From contig CM102286.1 of NCBI GenBank assembly GCA_046563655.1, positions 12,524,001 to 12,588,000 of the forward strand: a DNA stretch of 64,000 bases, written 5' to 3'. How positions within the stretch are numbered: the first letter of the stretch is position 1; the number at the start of each line of letters is the position of its first letter. The DNA is from Yuukianura sp. NJ FZ-2021. Lineage: Eukaryota. A program made the position numbers and the translations under genes. Shown piece after piece: positions 27,301-38,828 of this stretch. The notes beneath the pieces are model-generated. The model worked only from the letters and a program-made list of their open reading frames with translations, did not search any database and was not told where the DNA came from.

Positions 27301-30300
27301 ACTTGACATTTTGAGCCAACGCAGCCTATGACGCTGCTATTTGAGCGTCCATTGTTAAGTCCTAGGTGTAATAATAAAGTGATACTAGATATTATATATG
27401 CTCCAACAAATTGCTTCAATCTGATACTCCATGGAGCTAAGGATTAATTTCTTCCTTTTCAGGTTAGATCCTGATTGCTGATGCTTCAATCTGACTTTTG
27501 GTCATTACCTAAATAAATTTCTCATAATGCCAAAACCACAAGTGAACGTTCCGCTTATTCTCTGGTTTACTTCCAGATACAGGCGCAATCTTTGACTTTA
27601 AAAGATTTTTATGTAGATCGTTCCTATTCCTTTGAGTAATGGTCTATGGACATCCGTTGAAGATTTCTCAGCTAATAAAATCCTCCGGTTTACTACTTTC
27701 CCAGGTTGAGCAACTGAAACTGCACAACGACTGCGCAAATTTGATTCAAACGAGCAGAGTTCTATAAATGTTTCGACGTTCCTTATTTTGTATCTAGGCC
27801 GGATATGAATCAGTGTTCTCATTACATGAAATTAACGTTATGAAAAAAAGTATACAAGGATAGTGTCATTGCAAGGACCTGAATGACACGACAAAATTTC
27901 TGAGAAGAAAAGTAAAAAAAAATCTTTTGTTCTTGTAAGAGCCAGAATTAAGAAAAATCACGAGAAAGAAAGTATGGCTTGGTGCCGGGAAGATATAATT
28001 TTTTTTTTTTCGAATCTATATTGGCTAGGACACACCGTCATTTTCTGGAAGCTCAAAATCGTGTCCGATGCTGCCCAGCATCTATAAGATGTTGATTTAT
28101 GGTCAAGCATTTTTTTTTAACTTTTGAAACACAGTACATTTGAAACTTGTGAGACTTGAAAGGATGATGTTGAAGGTAACAATAGATCGGGACAAGGAAT
28201 TGTAGAAAAGACGCTTTTGTTAGGATGATGATCATGATGTGTTAGGCTGAGACACGATAGGATGCTGATGCTGAACCAAGATGCTTGTTCAATCTAACAA
28301 GTTTTTAAGGCCAATGTCAATGTAGACAACTGCGCAGAACAATTACTTTTGGAGGACTGAGTATTGGTCTGCGCATGTCCTATGTTTAGTATAAGTGCTG
28401 GTTCTGAACAAGGAAGCAAAGAGTACCATCGTCATTTGCCATTTGAAGTGAAGGATGAAATTAATTGTTATGCAGCAAAAAGACACAGAAGATGCATTTG
28501 TGTCATAAAGCTTCCTAGTACACAGTCCAATTCGTCATTTTCTGTCATCCTGAAACATGAAGTGTCTCCGCCTAATAAATTATTTAAATTCAAAAATGAT
28601 TGACTGCTTTCTTGATTTTTTTTTCTAAACGTTACAAAACTACCTGGGAAGCTAACTGCTTAGCATCAATCGTTCTTCCTGGAGTCGCTTAGTTCTGTAA
28701 CTTCCTTGAGGCTACAAAAGCTTCAGCAAGCCACCGTGCCTTAAGCACGGCGGCGGTTTTGAATTTAAACGTCGGAACATGTTAAGACGCTGTGAACGGA
28801 TACTGAACGTGTGCGTATGGTGTGCCTTACTGACTTGTATTAATAGGTAGAAGATGAATGGTGTTGGCTTTCAAGATGCTTTTGAAGAGCGGGTTTGGCG
28901 GGTAGTTTTTGAACTTGAAGGCTTGCACACGATTTTAGGAATTTTTGAAGAAGAAGCCAAAAGGAGAAATCGTGAGTGGATTTGAAGTTGGAAATAAAAA
29001 CTGAGCAAGATTTTTTCCATAGGCTTCCTTTTTCAAACGTTGTAGGTTGTAGGCTTATCCTGACCTGACCCTGCCTCCAGATTAGGTTCTATTGTTTTAC
29101 TACTTAGGTCTAATCAGACAGACGTGTGGCGCGTGGATTCAAGTGCTTTGAAACATGGCGTTCTGAAAATGGGCGAAGTCTCCAAACATTTTACTATCCT
29201 TGCTCAAAATAAATTAAAAACGATGTTTTCATTTGAATTTTCATGAAATAAAATTTTGATTCCTAACTTCTATCACAGTCTCACTTCTAGTAAACCAGCA
29301 AAAAATGCAATTGAAAGCAAGTTTTGAACTTTACAGTTATGCTAAATTTTGTACAGGCTGAGAAATTTTTTGTCCGCCTCCGCTAAGTTTTGGTTCGTTG
29401 AAAAAGTGTATTTGCCGCTGATTCTTTCCGGTCGACTTGAAAATGTCCTTCGTCGTCCCTTATTCAAAAACGGATTTAAAAAAGGACTGTGATTTTGTTC
29501 TGGAATGCCTTGTGGCTTCGTTTTGTGTTTTTGAATTCAAATGCAGCAACAAGCATTTGCCAGATGGAAGGCGCTGAAAAGGGGATCTGGAAAAGCTTCG
29601 GATTAAAATTGGTAAAAGAAGGAAGGCTATCTGTGGAAAGCCTCGGAAATCTTTAAGGATTCGGAGGATCCTATTGTCACAGGACTTTCTTTTCCTCTTT
29701 ACAGTTGACAAATTATAATGCTCCAATTTTAATCCTCAGAAGATGTCATGCCCATCCTGTGTCATTCCTCAAGGGACGTCCCCTTCTGCTGTCCTAAAAC
29801 CCGGGAACTCCTGAATTGTTCAAATTAAATCCACCATGCATCAATTCCATTTCCTTTGCCTTGAGGTGGGATCTGGACAACGAGGTCATCGAGAAAATGA
29901 AAAAAAAAGGACTTAGAAAAAAAGTTTAAAAAAGCCAAGAAATTCTGTGACCTTGAAACTGCTTTCGTATCTGCTAAACTTTTTAGGCTGTGGACGTTGG
30001 ATAAAGCAGAAGTGGAGATTTTGGAATTAGACCTGCAGAGAATGCTAATTTTTTTTGGAAATATTCTGAACGAGTTTTGGTTTTTTGAAATCCTGGCGGG
30101 ATTTCTGAATTAAATGGGTATGATTACCCCTATCTTCGGACACTGCTGGGTTGTTGCTAAAAGTTATTGCCTCGAGATAAGTGGGTGTCAGCAGCATCAT
30201 TTGGTCCACACGAACAGTTTTCACTTCTAGAGGGAATACTATGCTATGAAGGGAGATCTTGAACTTGTTTTTCAACAAGTCGAAAGAAGCCTTCCAGAAC

Positions 30301-31980
30301 TTGGAGAGGCCCTTAGACCATCGTCCCTCACGGTTTGTTGCCCAGTGCAATTGAATCTACACACGAAAGAAAAAGTTTTTGAAAGTTGATGAAAGGTGTG
30401 TCAGATCCTAAAACAAACGACGCTGGGGAAGATCGTTTCCTAAAAAGGCACGAAATTCAAAAGTATCACAAAAAACACATAGTTCTGAGGGCCCTTAAGG
30501 TTCCTCCAGAAAAACATGTATAGGCACTTATGGTTGGGAGAGACAAAGAAAGCAATTAAGACAAAGGTGACACTCCAGGATAGCCGAAGGACCAACTTTT
30601 TGAAACAAGGACTCTCACTTCCAAGATCTTCTAACACCAATTTAAATTTTCAAATTTTCCCTCCCTACAAGTAACCATACGATAAGACCAACATGAAAGT
30701 TGAGGACCAGAATTCGAATGACTTCTAATGAAGGGCCAAAAACAAGATGATGTGCCCTGATACATGTACTTAACAATCCAGTTGGGTTAGCTGCGATCGA
30801 CTCAGCTAGCGATCAGCTAAGTCACCCAGTGAGAGACGCGTCGGGGTTCGAAGGCCAACGCCCTCGTTTTTTTTTAATTTAAAAAAAGGCGGTCAACAGG
30901 CTATCACCCCGCCAAGATTTGAAACTGCCAGAGACTGCATAGCTTCATCTTGAACGTTCAAGTGCTCCCTCCGCCCTTCCTTTTACGATCTTTCAAAAAT
31001 AGTTTAGTGTAGTACAATAATGTTATATAAAAAGGAACAATGTAACGGAATGACTTTGGAGATGAGAAGTGACCTGCAGAGTGTTGAAAGTTGGGGGGAT
31101 GATTGATGTTACTCCCTTTTACATTACATGTTGCCTAATCATATTAATTAAACTTATTTGAAAAAGGTTAGGTTATGATAGAGATCAATAAATTGGTACT
31201 CAGGGAAAGATGCTACTAATTCTGTGCTCTAATAATAGTTCCTTACTTGAGTAACAACGGAAACGTTAAGATCTCAACGTTACTCAATTCGTCAACTCCC
31301 TTCTGACTCACTTGATTTATTGAACCTGACATGATGTAAAAATAAAATCTTCATTTTACATTTTACTTCCTTTGGTGATGTGAACTTCATTAAAATGGGG
31401 AGTATACCGTAACGAATTAAGCCACTAGCAATGCCTAACCCAAAAGTAGTTTTGTGTTTTGATGAACAATACAGCGGGAACTGTGAAATTACAAATTGTT
31501 CTTGAAGTCATTCAAATTTTGAATCCAAGAAATCCAAGGAACTTTGCATTGTCTTCCTATTTCCAAGTACTACCTGTCATGGTCACTTAAAATCAAAACT
31601 ACTGATGAAATTTTTAAGATGACTGGATATACAAAACAACCCTCGAAATTCAAAATTTCAACCCCCCACACCTCCTCATCATCTTCCCAAATGCATAAGT
31701 TTTGAAAAAGCTCAAGGGAGGGGGTGGGTACTTGTCCATATCATTTCCGTGACATTTCAAAAGAAATTTTAATCCAGAGCTTCCTTTCATTCGTCATTAT
31801 TCTTTTGGTCTGGAAATTGCATCTTGATGATGATGACTTCTCCAAAACGCCCTCAAGTGGCCCCGCCATTTTCAAAACCTAACTACCATCATCATCTCCT
31901 CTGTAACTATCCAGAGTCCAAGTGTCTTAAGGCAAGTAGCCTTGGCTTAATGAACGTTTTTAGAACTTGGAACTCTGTTA

Positions 31981-32111
31981 CCGTAAATTTTCAAATAAGT
32001 ACCCCCTGAGTACTTAATTGTTGCGTCATCTTCTGGAGAGCTGGAGAAATGGGAGATGGGAGGTAATTCCACCCAAAATTAGGACCGGGGTACTTATTTG
32101 GAAATTTACGG
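31981..32111. mobile_element. 131-bp MITE, Tc1/mariner superfamily (Tc2/pogo-like CCGTA ends)
   Basis: 25-bp TIRs CCGTAAATTTTCAAATAAGTACCCC (31981-32005) and GGGGTACTTATTTGGAAATTTACGG (32087-32111) with one mismatch, flanked by TA at 31979-31980 and 32112-32113. Confidence 0.85.
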
Positions 32112-33931
32112 TACTTGGTAGGGTTAGATGGCGGGATCCACGGAGAGAGCCCTTGAGCCCTTTGATACTTCCCAAAACGAAGGCCCCCTCTTAATCACCC
32201 CCCATGTGCCTTCCAATAGGTCTCTGTCAATTTCCACAAGATAATGAACAGACAGACGGACAAATCGAAGCGGATGACCCTTAGAGGCATAAAAAGAAAT
32301 ACTTGGAAGTATCCCTTAATAATAGCTTGCTAAGGGATCCCTAGAATTTAGGAAGGGGATGATGATGATCTTGAGCTTCAAAAAAAGACAATGGATGACG
32401 AAGGTTTTCTGTCTTGATTCACACTGCGGCTTCATCATCGCCTTGGCCTTACACGGACTTGAAGTACAGTCATGGCCAAACGTTAACATTTATAATTTGC
32501 CGGGATTTTTTTTTTACTCTATTACAATGGAGTACAAATTACAAGTAATGACAAAGCTCGTTACATAAGTCGACCTCAACGGAAGAACAATTAAGAAAAA
32601 AAAAAGACTTGAAACGACTAGAGCACAGGCGTAAAAGGACTTTGGACGAACCAATTTTGTTGTCATGTCAGTCACCTTCTGACCTCTTTCACTCTAAATC
32701 TTCATTTAAAATTTTTTAAAATCTGGTTCAATCAGTCCGTTCATTATGTTTTAAGCATCACAAAAACGAAGTTTTAAGAGTTAAGCTGCGGTGGAACCGG
32801 TGGTGGGACTTTTTGAAACTGAAGGATTCAAGTGTCTTGTTAAAGAAAATTATTTCATCACGCAGAGACTAATTTGCTCATGACCCAGGGGTTACCATAC
32901 TGTACAATTACTTCTGAGATGTTCGCAAATCTTATAACGTCGCTTCACATTAGTTACAAAATGACACGTAAAAGGCAAAAAACGACAAAAAACTTTTTAA
33001 GAATTGCAAACACGTGAGAATCGTTTTTGCTTTACTTTTGTATCGATAACTGCAACTCTGAATTCTGAAAGGCGATTTTTCAGGACCAAGGATTTCAAGT
33101 CTCATCAAATTATTTCCCCATCAATCAAATTTTTTTGGGTACTAGTAAAAAAAATTTTTTTAAGTAAATACTTTTTTGAATACGTCAACGAAAATCAGAA
33201 TTTGAGAAAACGTCGCAGCATGTTCGAAAAACCCTGGGATGATTTTTTTTCGAAAATTGTTCAGATTTGACAAGAAGGCTTTTTTGTCTCATTTGACCAA
33301 AAAAAAATGAAGGGCTCATAGGCTGCACGAAAAAAGTGACACTTGGAAGTGTAATAGTTAAGAATTAACAATGGTTTTTTGGCGTGACTATTCCTTTGAC
33401 TAGTACTAAAAAAAGAAGTTAATTCCCTTAGCTTATAGAACACGTCACGTTTGAAAATTGAAGTTTCTTTTGTTGTTTAGTTCTAAAAACTGATATGCAT
33501 TTGGATTTGGACAGAAGGCGTTATTCTCCATACGGCCTTTGAAAAAATCGAAGATGATCAAAAGCGTCGTCTTCGTCATCTTCATTCTTTTGAAATTTCA
33601 GCCTCCAATTGCTACTAACGGAATGAAGACTTTTCGAGAACAATTGATTTGTAATCCTGATTGTTTCGTCCATTGGAATCCAATTATTTAGTCTTTGTCT
33701 TATGTCATATTCAATCACTTGGCCTCATGAAGCCTTCTTCTTTTCGTTTGTAACCAATCAGCCTCAAGGGGCTCGAAAATAACAATAGTAACTCGAAAGA
33801 TGATTTTTAAATTGTGTTGCGATTTATTTAAAATTTGAGTTAACGGAACATTAAAAATGTTAGGAGAATTGAATAGTACTTCATCTAAGTACATTTATAT
33901 AGTACTTTCAAAATCGCAGGATTTGAAAACA

Positions 33932-34277
33932 TTAGTCACCTTCCGCGTTTTCATCTTCGGCGACTCTCTTTACGGCGCAGCACTGGAACTTTGCACTGTG
34001 CGTGGGACATCCTTCACCGTCGAAACTCGTTTGCTGGACTCGGAAGTTTTCGGAGATTTCCTCTGGATTCGGAAAGTCTCCTGCGACACATTTGACATTC
34101 CTTGTGAGCGTGTTCTTGCAGCCAGTGGTCACACAGTCTACAAAATTTCAACGACTTTAAAAATTCAGCTGAAAAACCAATAGTTTCGCTCTATTTAAAA
34201 AACTTACTTGGTGAGGTTGGGTATTCCATTGCAAATGATGCTGCCAAAAAAGCCAGAAAAACCAAAACGATCTTCAT
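33932..34277 (-). CDS. Small secreted six-cysteine protein, 91 aa, uncharacterised
   Basis: Exon 1 (34277-34208) encodes MKIVLVFLAFLAASFAMEYPTSP, a clear signal peptide. A 70-bp GTAAGT...TAG intron follows, then exon 2 (34137-33932) in frame: NCVTTGCKNTLTRNVKCVAGDFPNPEEISENFRVQQTSFDGEGCPTHSAKFQCCAVKRVAEDENAEGD*. Confidence 0.8.
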
Positions 34278-35218
34278 AGTTTTACTAATTTGTAGAATTT
34301 GGTACTAGAACAAAGTTTAAACGACAAAACAAAACCGAAATTCATTTGATGCTGTGTCCTTAAATGCACAATTTCGTGAACATCTGAAACATAACGACAA
34401 AAGACATTTCCGTAATCTTAGTTTAATTACTTCACTTTAACATTGATTGTAACTTGGAATTTTTTAAACTAAATGTTACGAATATGCTTTGTAAACTTCC
34501 CATGAAATTCTAAAAGTGTGTGGGTTTAAACATTTCAAGTACCTAGTCAAAAAAAAAGGTTACAACTTTTTTTTTTCTAAATTGCATACACCTTTGTTCT
34601 AAAAACAAAAAAAAATATCGTGTCAAATGAGATACACAAAAGTTGTTGGTCTCGCTGAGGCGAGAGTTTACAGTAACAGCAATAGCAATTAAGCAATGTG
34701 AAAGCAACTTGCTCATTCAAGGTTCAAATTTTTCCAAAAAAACTTAAAACTCGAGGTAATGCCTAACCTGTTCATGAAAGAAGCATTTCTTTGTTTATCC
34801 ACCTTGGATTCATCGTTTAAAAATATTTTGCAAATAAGCGCCCGCACGTATCACCGCATGCAGCGGTCTTTACTGCAACAGCAAGTAAACAATGTTAAAG
34901 TAACTGGCTCACCGCTTTACCGTTTAAAAATTATTTGTCTTCGTATTCTAAATGTGAATCAGATAATTTTTTGGTTAACGCCTTCCGCCTATTAAACAAA
35001 TAATTGTACGATAAAGAATTAGCCACTGGAACAGTTAAGCTGCAAGCCGACAGTATGATCTGTCCTTAGCAAAACCAAAAGAAAAAAAAATCTGCAAAAT
35101 GAAAAAAAAATTATTACAACACACAAATCGTTTTATGGCGGGAGTCTTTACTGAAGAATTCAAAAGTAATTCCCTGTAGTTCATAAAGAATGTCGTAACG
35201 TAACAAAATTGAAGCTTA

Positions 35219-36066
35219 TTATTGTTTTGCATCAAGTGAGGCTGATGGAGTGTCCTCGCAAAGCTTCATGCAGAAGTTTTCCATGGCATTGCGATGTGAG
35301 GCAGTAAAAGTGCTCCCGAATCCCCCTGGAATCAAAAATAAGAAACGTTTAAAAAACGTTCAGCTTAAACTTTCAGATAGCATCAACAGTGTCAAACAAA
35401 AACAAAACAATTAAATCGTAAGCACAAGAGTACTTACTCGTCACTGCTAAGGTTTGGAGAAACGGCTCAAACCCCGTTCCCAACCCGCCAAATTTTGCCA
35501 GTACTTCATCAGTGGCAAGGTTCATCTCCGTAACATGGACGGGAGACACGTCGAAATTTAGAGTGCACGGAAAATCATAAATCTTGTTCAACAAGTCTTG
35601 CTTCTCCTCCTCACCTATAAAACCAATATAACGTCTTAAACGTTATCATGTCAGTCAGTAAGTTAAAACTGTTAATCAAAGTTCAAGTTCCGTTTAGGCA
35701 CTTACTAAAGCCAAGTTCTTCAACGATTTCAATCGCGTTCATTGTGCTACCAGTCAAGATTGGTGTAAGACGAACGCTGGTTGGATCTTTGTCCGCATCG
35801 TCCAGCTTCTTTTGAAGATTCGTCAGTTGTTGCATCTTCTGCATTGCATCGTGGAAATCCCCGACCAGCTCAGGGTCAACAGCAGTTGGCGTACCAGTGA
35901 CAACGTTGGTCGGTTTCGCATTGACCTTTGCCTTCTCCTGGTTTTCCTTCAACTGGGTAAGCACGGCATTTTTCTGTACCTCTTTTCGTAGATCAGCAGT
36001 TCTGGATCTCAGTTTTGCCTTTGCAAGTTCGATGGTATCCATTGTATCTTTAGACGGATCTTGCAT
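35219..36066 (-). CDS. Uncharacterised 214-aa protein with a coiled-coil-like N-terminus and a helical C-terminal domain
   Basis: Exons 36066-35706, 35614-35438 and 35325-35219 join in frame through GTAAGT donors and YAG acceptors (both introns phase 1) and end in TAA. Confidence 0.75.
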
Positions 36067-36854
36067 ACCTTCCGTTTAACGTACCGTTAATGTCGTGAGT
36101 AAATCAGGCTACACGGAATTCCGGTTAGTAAACGTTAACGATTAACGAAAACACAAGGCAGAAAACCCTCCTAACGAATCAACGAATGCAATGTCAACAA
36201 CCGTCTACCTTCTCCAGAATCCGGTAATAACACACATAACGAACACTAATAAAGACAGGTCGATGCGCATGTCTGCTGTACAAAAATCCTCACACACACC
36301 ACACCATCACCTCAATCAATCAGAGTTTGACAAACAATTATATTTATTAACTCATTTAATTAAACAACAAAACTTGCAAACACTTCTGTTAGATTTAAAT
36401 ATAATCTGATATACAGTTTGTATAACAATCTAATCTTGGATCAACTACTAATACGCAAACTTTTGTCGAAGGTGTTGATGGCAATCAAAGTATAACGCCG
36501 CTTGTAATTAGCAAACTAACGGCCTTGGATGAAAGCTTAACGATAATAAGCTTCGGTGATGTTAAGTAGGTTATACGCTACAAAAATGCAGTATATTGTT
36601 ACACGAATGGTTATTCAATTAATTATAAGTTGAAGTAATAGAATTAAGAATATCTTGTTTCATACAGGCGTATTCATGGTTCATGACAGAACAAAACATG
36701 ACTTATGCAGTAACACTAACAGATTCACTTTGAACCGATAAGGGGCCTGATGATAAGTTTAGCGGTTGGATGTTATTACTTCTAATGTTACGAAATTACT
36801 GCAAATATTTTGTAAGATTTTTTCTAGTAGAGAGTAACTTGCGCCATCTCCATT

Positions 36855-38498
36855 CTAAGATCCCATGAAACTTCGGAAGCGATCGCTCAACGACATTCGA
36901 GAAGTGATAATGGTAGGTTGGAAATTGGAAGCATCGTCGTCTTCTTCCAAATATCTATTGGTATTGGTTGCCACCGGACCTTGTCTAGTACCCTCCATCC
37001 CACGATTCTTTCTACCTTGCTGTTGTATGTACTTGATTTTTCTTTGGATATTGGGATCGAGGCCTGGACGCACTGGTGTAGAAGCAGAGCGCTGCTGTTG
37101 CTCCGAGTTTCTAACAGTCATCAATGGAGGGATCCATTCGTCGTCAGTGTCCTTAGCAGCAAATCGAAATCGTGGGCTCGGAGTGCTGGAGTGGACATCG
37201 TCGTAGGTTACGGGAGATGACCACATCCGACTCATGCTTCGATTGCGTATTTGGCCTTGTTGTTGAATTCTACCCCTGCCTCTTCGGCTAAAGACAATAC
37301 TGGAAGAACGTTAGAAGTTTGGATTAGTTTCAAACAGAATCAGGAATTTTAACTGATTAGTCAATTGCAAATTTTGTTCGTACGATTCCGAGATAACGTT
37401 GTGCGTTTGTTGTTCTCGAATTTGACGAGCCCGCTGAATCTTTCTCTGCATCATATTCTGACGCTCTCTAACATTCTCCGGTTGTGTTGTGACAAGACCG
37501 TACTGACCAACCAAGATTCGTCCTGTTGGTGTATATTGGCCCTGAAATAACAAGTCCCAGTCAATTAGAACGCAGCCAGAAAATAACGTGTTTCACAATT
37601 CGCGTAGCACAAGGATATTGCTAGAAAAAATTACTCGGGTTCGATTGTTCTCCAGAATCCTCTGCCTGATAAGCCTTTGCCGGGCTCGGTTAACGCTTTT
37701 CTGAGCGAATGTTCGTTTTCCTTGCCAATTGAACCTGCGAGCAGGTTTGAATGCCGGATTACTCTTGTTAGAGATAGCTCGTGTCGCAGTACGATTGAGG
37801 AGAGGCCCGCGCCAATATTGATATCCTTCCAGAGGCATTGCATTCTGGTTCCGTGGCCTCCGCTGACGAATAGGGCGCCTATTGTTTCCAGCTACGTGTT
37901 CCCATTTGTAGCTACCCTGTAAACGAGACAGTACACAGAATTGTCAGAAGTTATTCCGTAAAATCGATGTCTCCTAGCTCATATAGTTGAAGTATAAAAC
38001 CTTTCGTGGCGAAAGGTTGAAATAACGGCCTCCTCCTCGACCGCGACGTGATGGACTAAATCCATTCTTCTGGCGAGGACTCTAATGACGAGGAAAGATT
38101 TACAATAGAGGACTCCCTTTGCTGTGCTGAACTTCCGATGGTTATCAGTATCACCATTTAATCCAAAGTTTGACAATCGACACTAATTATGAATCAAAAG
38201 GCATTAAAAACGTTACGCGAGTAGTTATTCTTACGTTGGGAAGTTTTCCCCTGAAGTTACGAAACACTCGACCGCTGGCAGTGAAGGAGATGGAGGCCTT
38301 GTTAGTTTTCCTACCAGGAAGTGTTGCCTTCTTCCCTTTAGCACCCACGACTTGTGTTTTCTTGGTCTTCTTCTGCTTGATGATGTCATCTGTAAAAACC
38401 AAATGTTATGAAGTTAGGCTCATTTATTAAGTTTGACCGTAAGGTTACTGTAAGTTTCTGTTTCTCAAACCCAACGACATGTGTAGAGGATCCGACAT
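36855..38498 (-). CDS. UAP56-interacting factor (UIF/FYTTD1)-like mRNA export adaptor
   Basis: Approximate exons: 38498-38471, 38389-38235, 38081-38001, 37916-37635, 37542-37384, 37287-36855. The spliced N-terminus MSDPLHMSLDDIIKQKK is the UAP56-binding motif of ALYREF/UIF. The body is Arg/Lys/Gln-rich with RG/RGG stretches and no RRM. The C-terminal MSLSDRF resembles the MTLNERF motif of FYTTD1. Confidence 0.72.
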
Positions 38499-38828
38499 CT
38501 TGAGAGACGTAAAATGTACGACGAATATACAGATTGATAGAGCGCTACGTTAGGCTTTCTTCCTCCGTTTTCTCCTTTTTCAGTGTGATCTGTACTGTAT
38601 GGAATACAATGCTTAAATCTTCCCAATTACTAATTAGTATTCCTACAACAAAAACAAATAGTAAAAAATGAAATAATAGTGATGATGCTTTACCAAAAAC
38701 GAATGATGAATCCGATGAATGAATCTCGTAGGCCTGCCCTCTGCTTTGTAAAGTCCTTTTACAGTGGCTTTTCCCAATAAGGGAAAAAATCACGATTGGA
38801 GGATTGGAAGTAGGCTCCTCCCCCAGTA

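Noticed and set aside
27400..27830. Coding-like composition on the minus strand
   Set aside because: Multiple stops and no recognisable motif; at most an unidentifiable relic.
29271..29292. TATCACAGTC..., matching the miR-2/11/13 family seed
   Set aside because: No complementary arm nearby to form a pre-miRNA hairpin.
33521..33718. ORF ending DDEDDAFDHLRFFQRPYGE, reminiscent of RFamide neuropeptides
   Set aside because: No Gly-Lys/Arg amidation signal after RF, no signal peptide and no convincing upstream exon.
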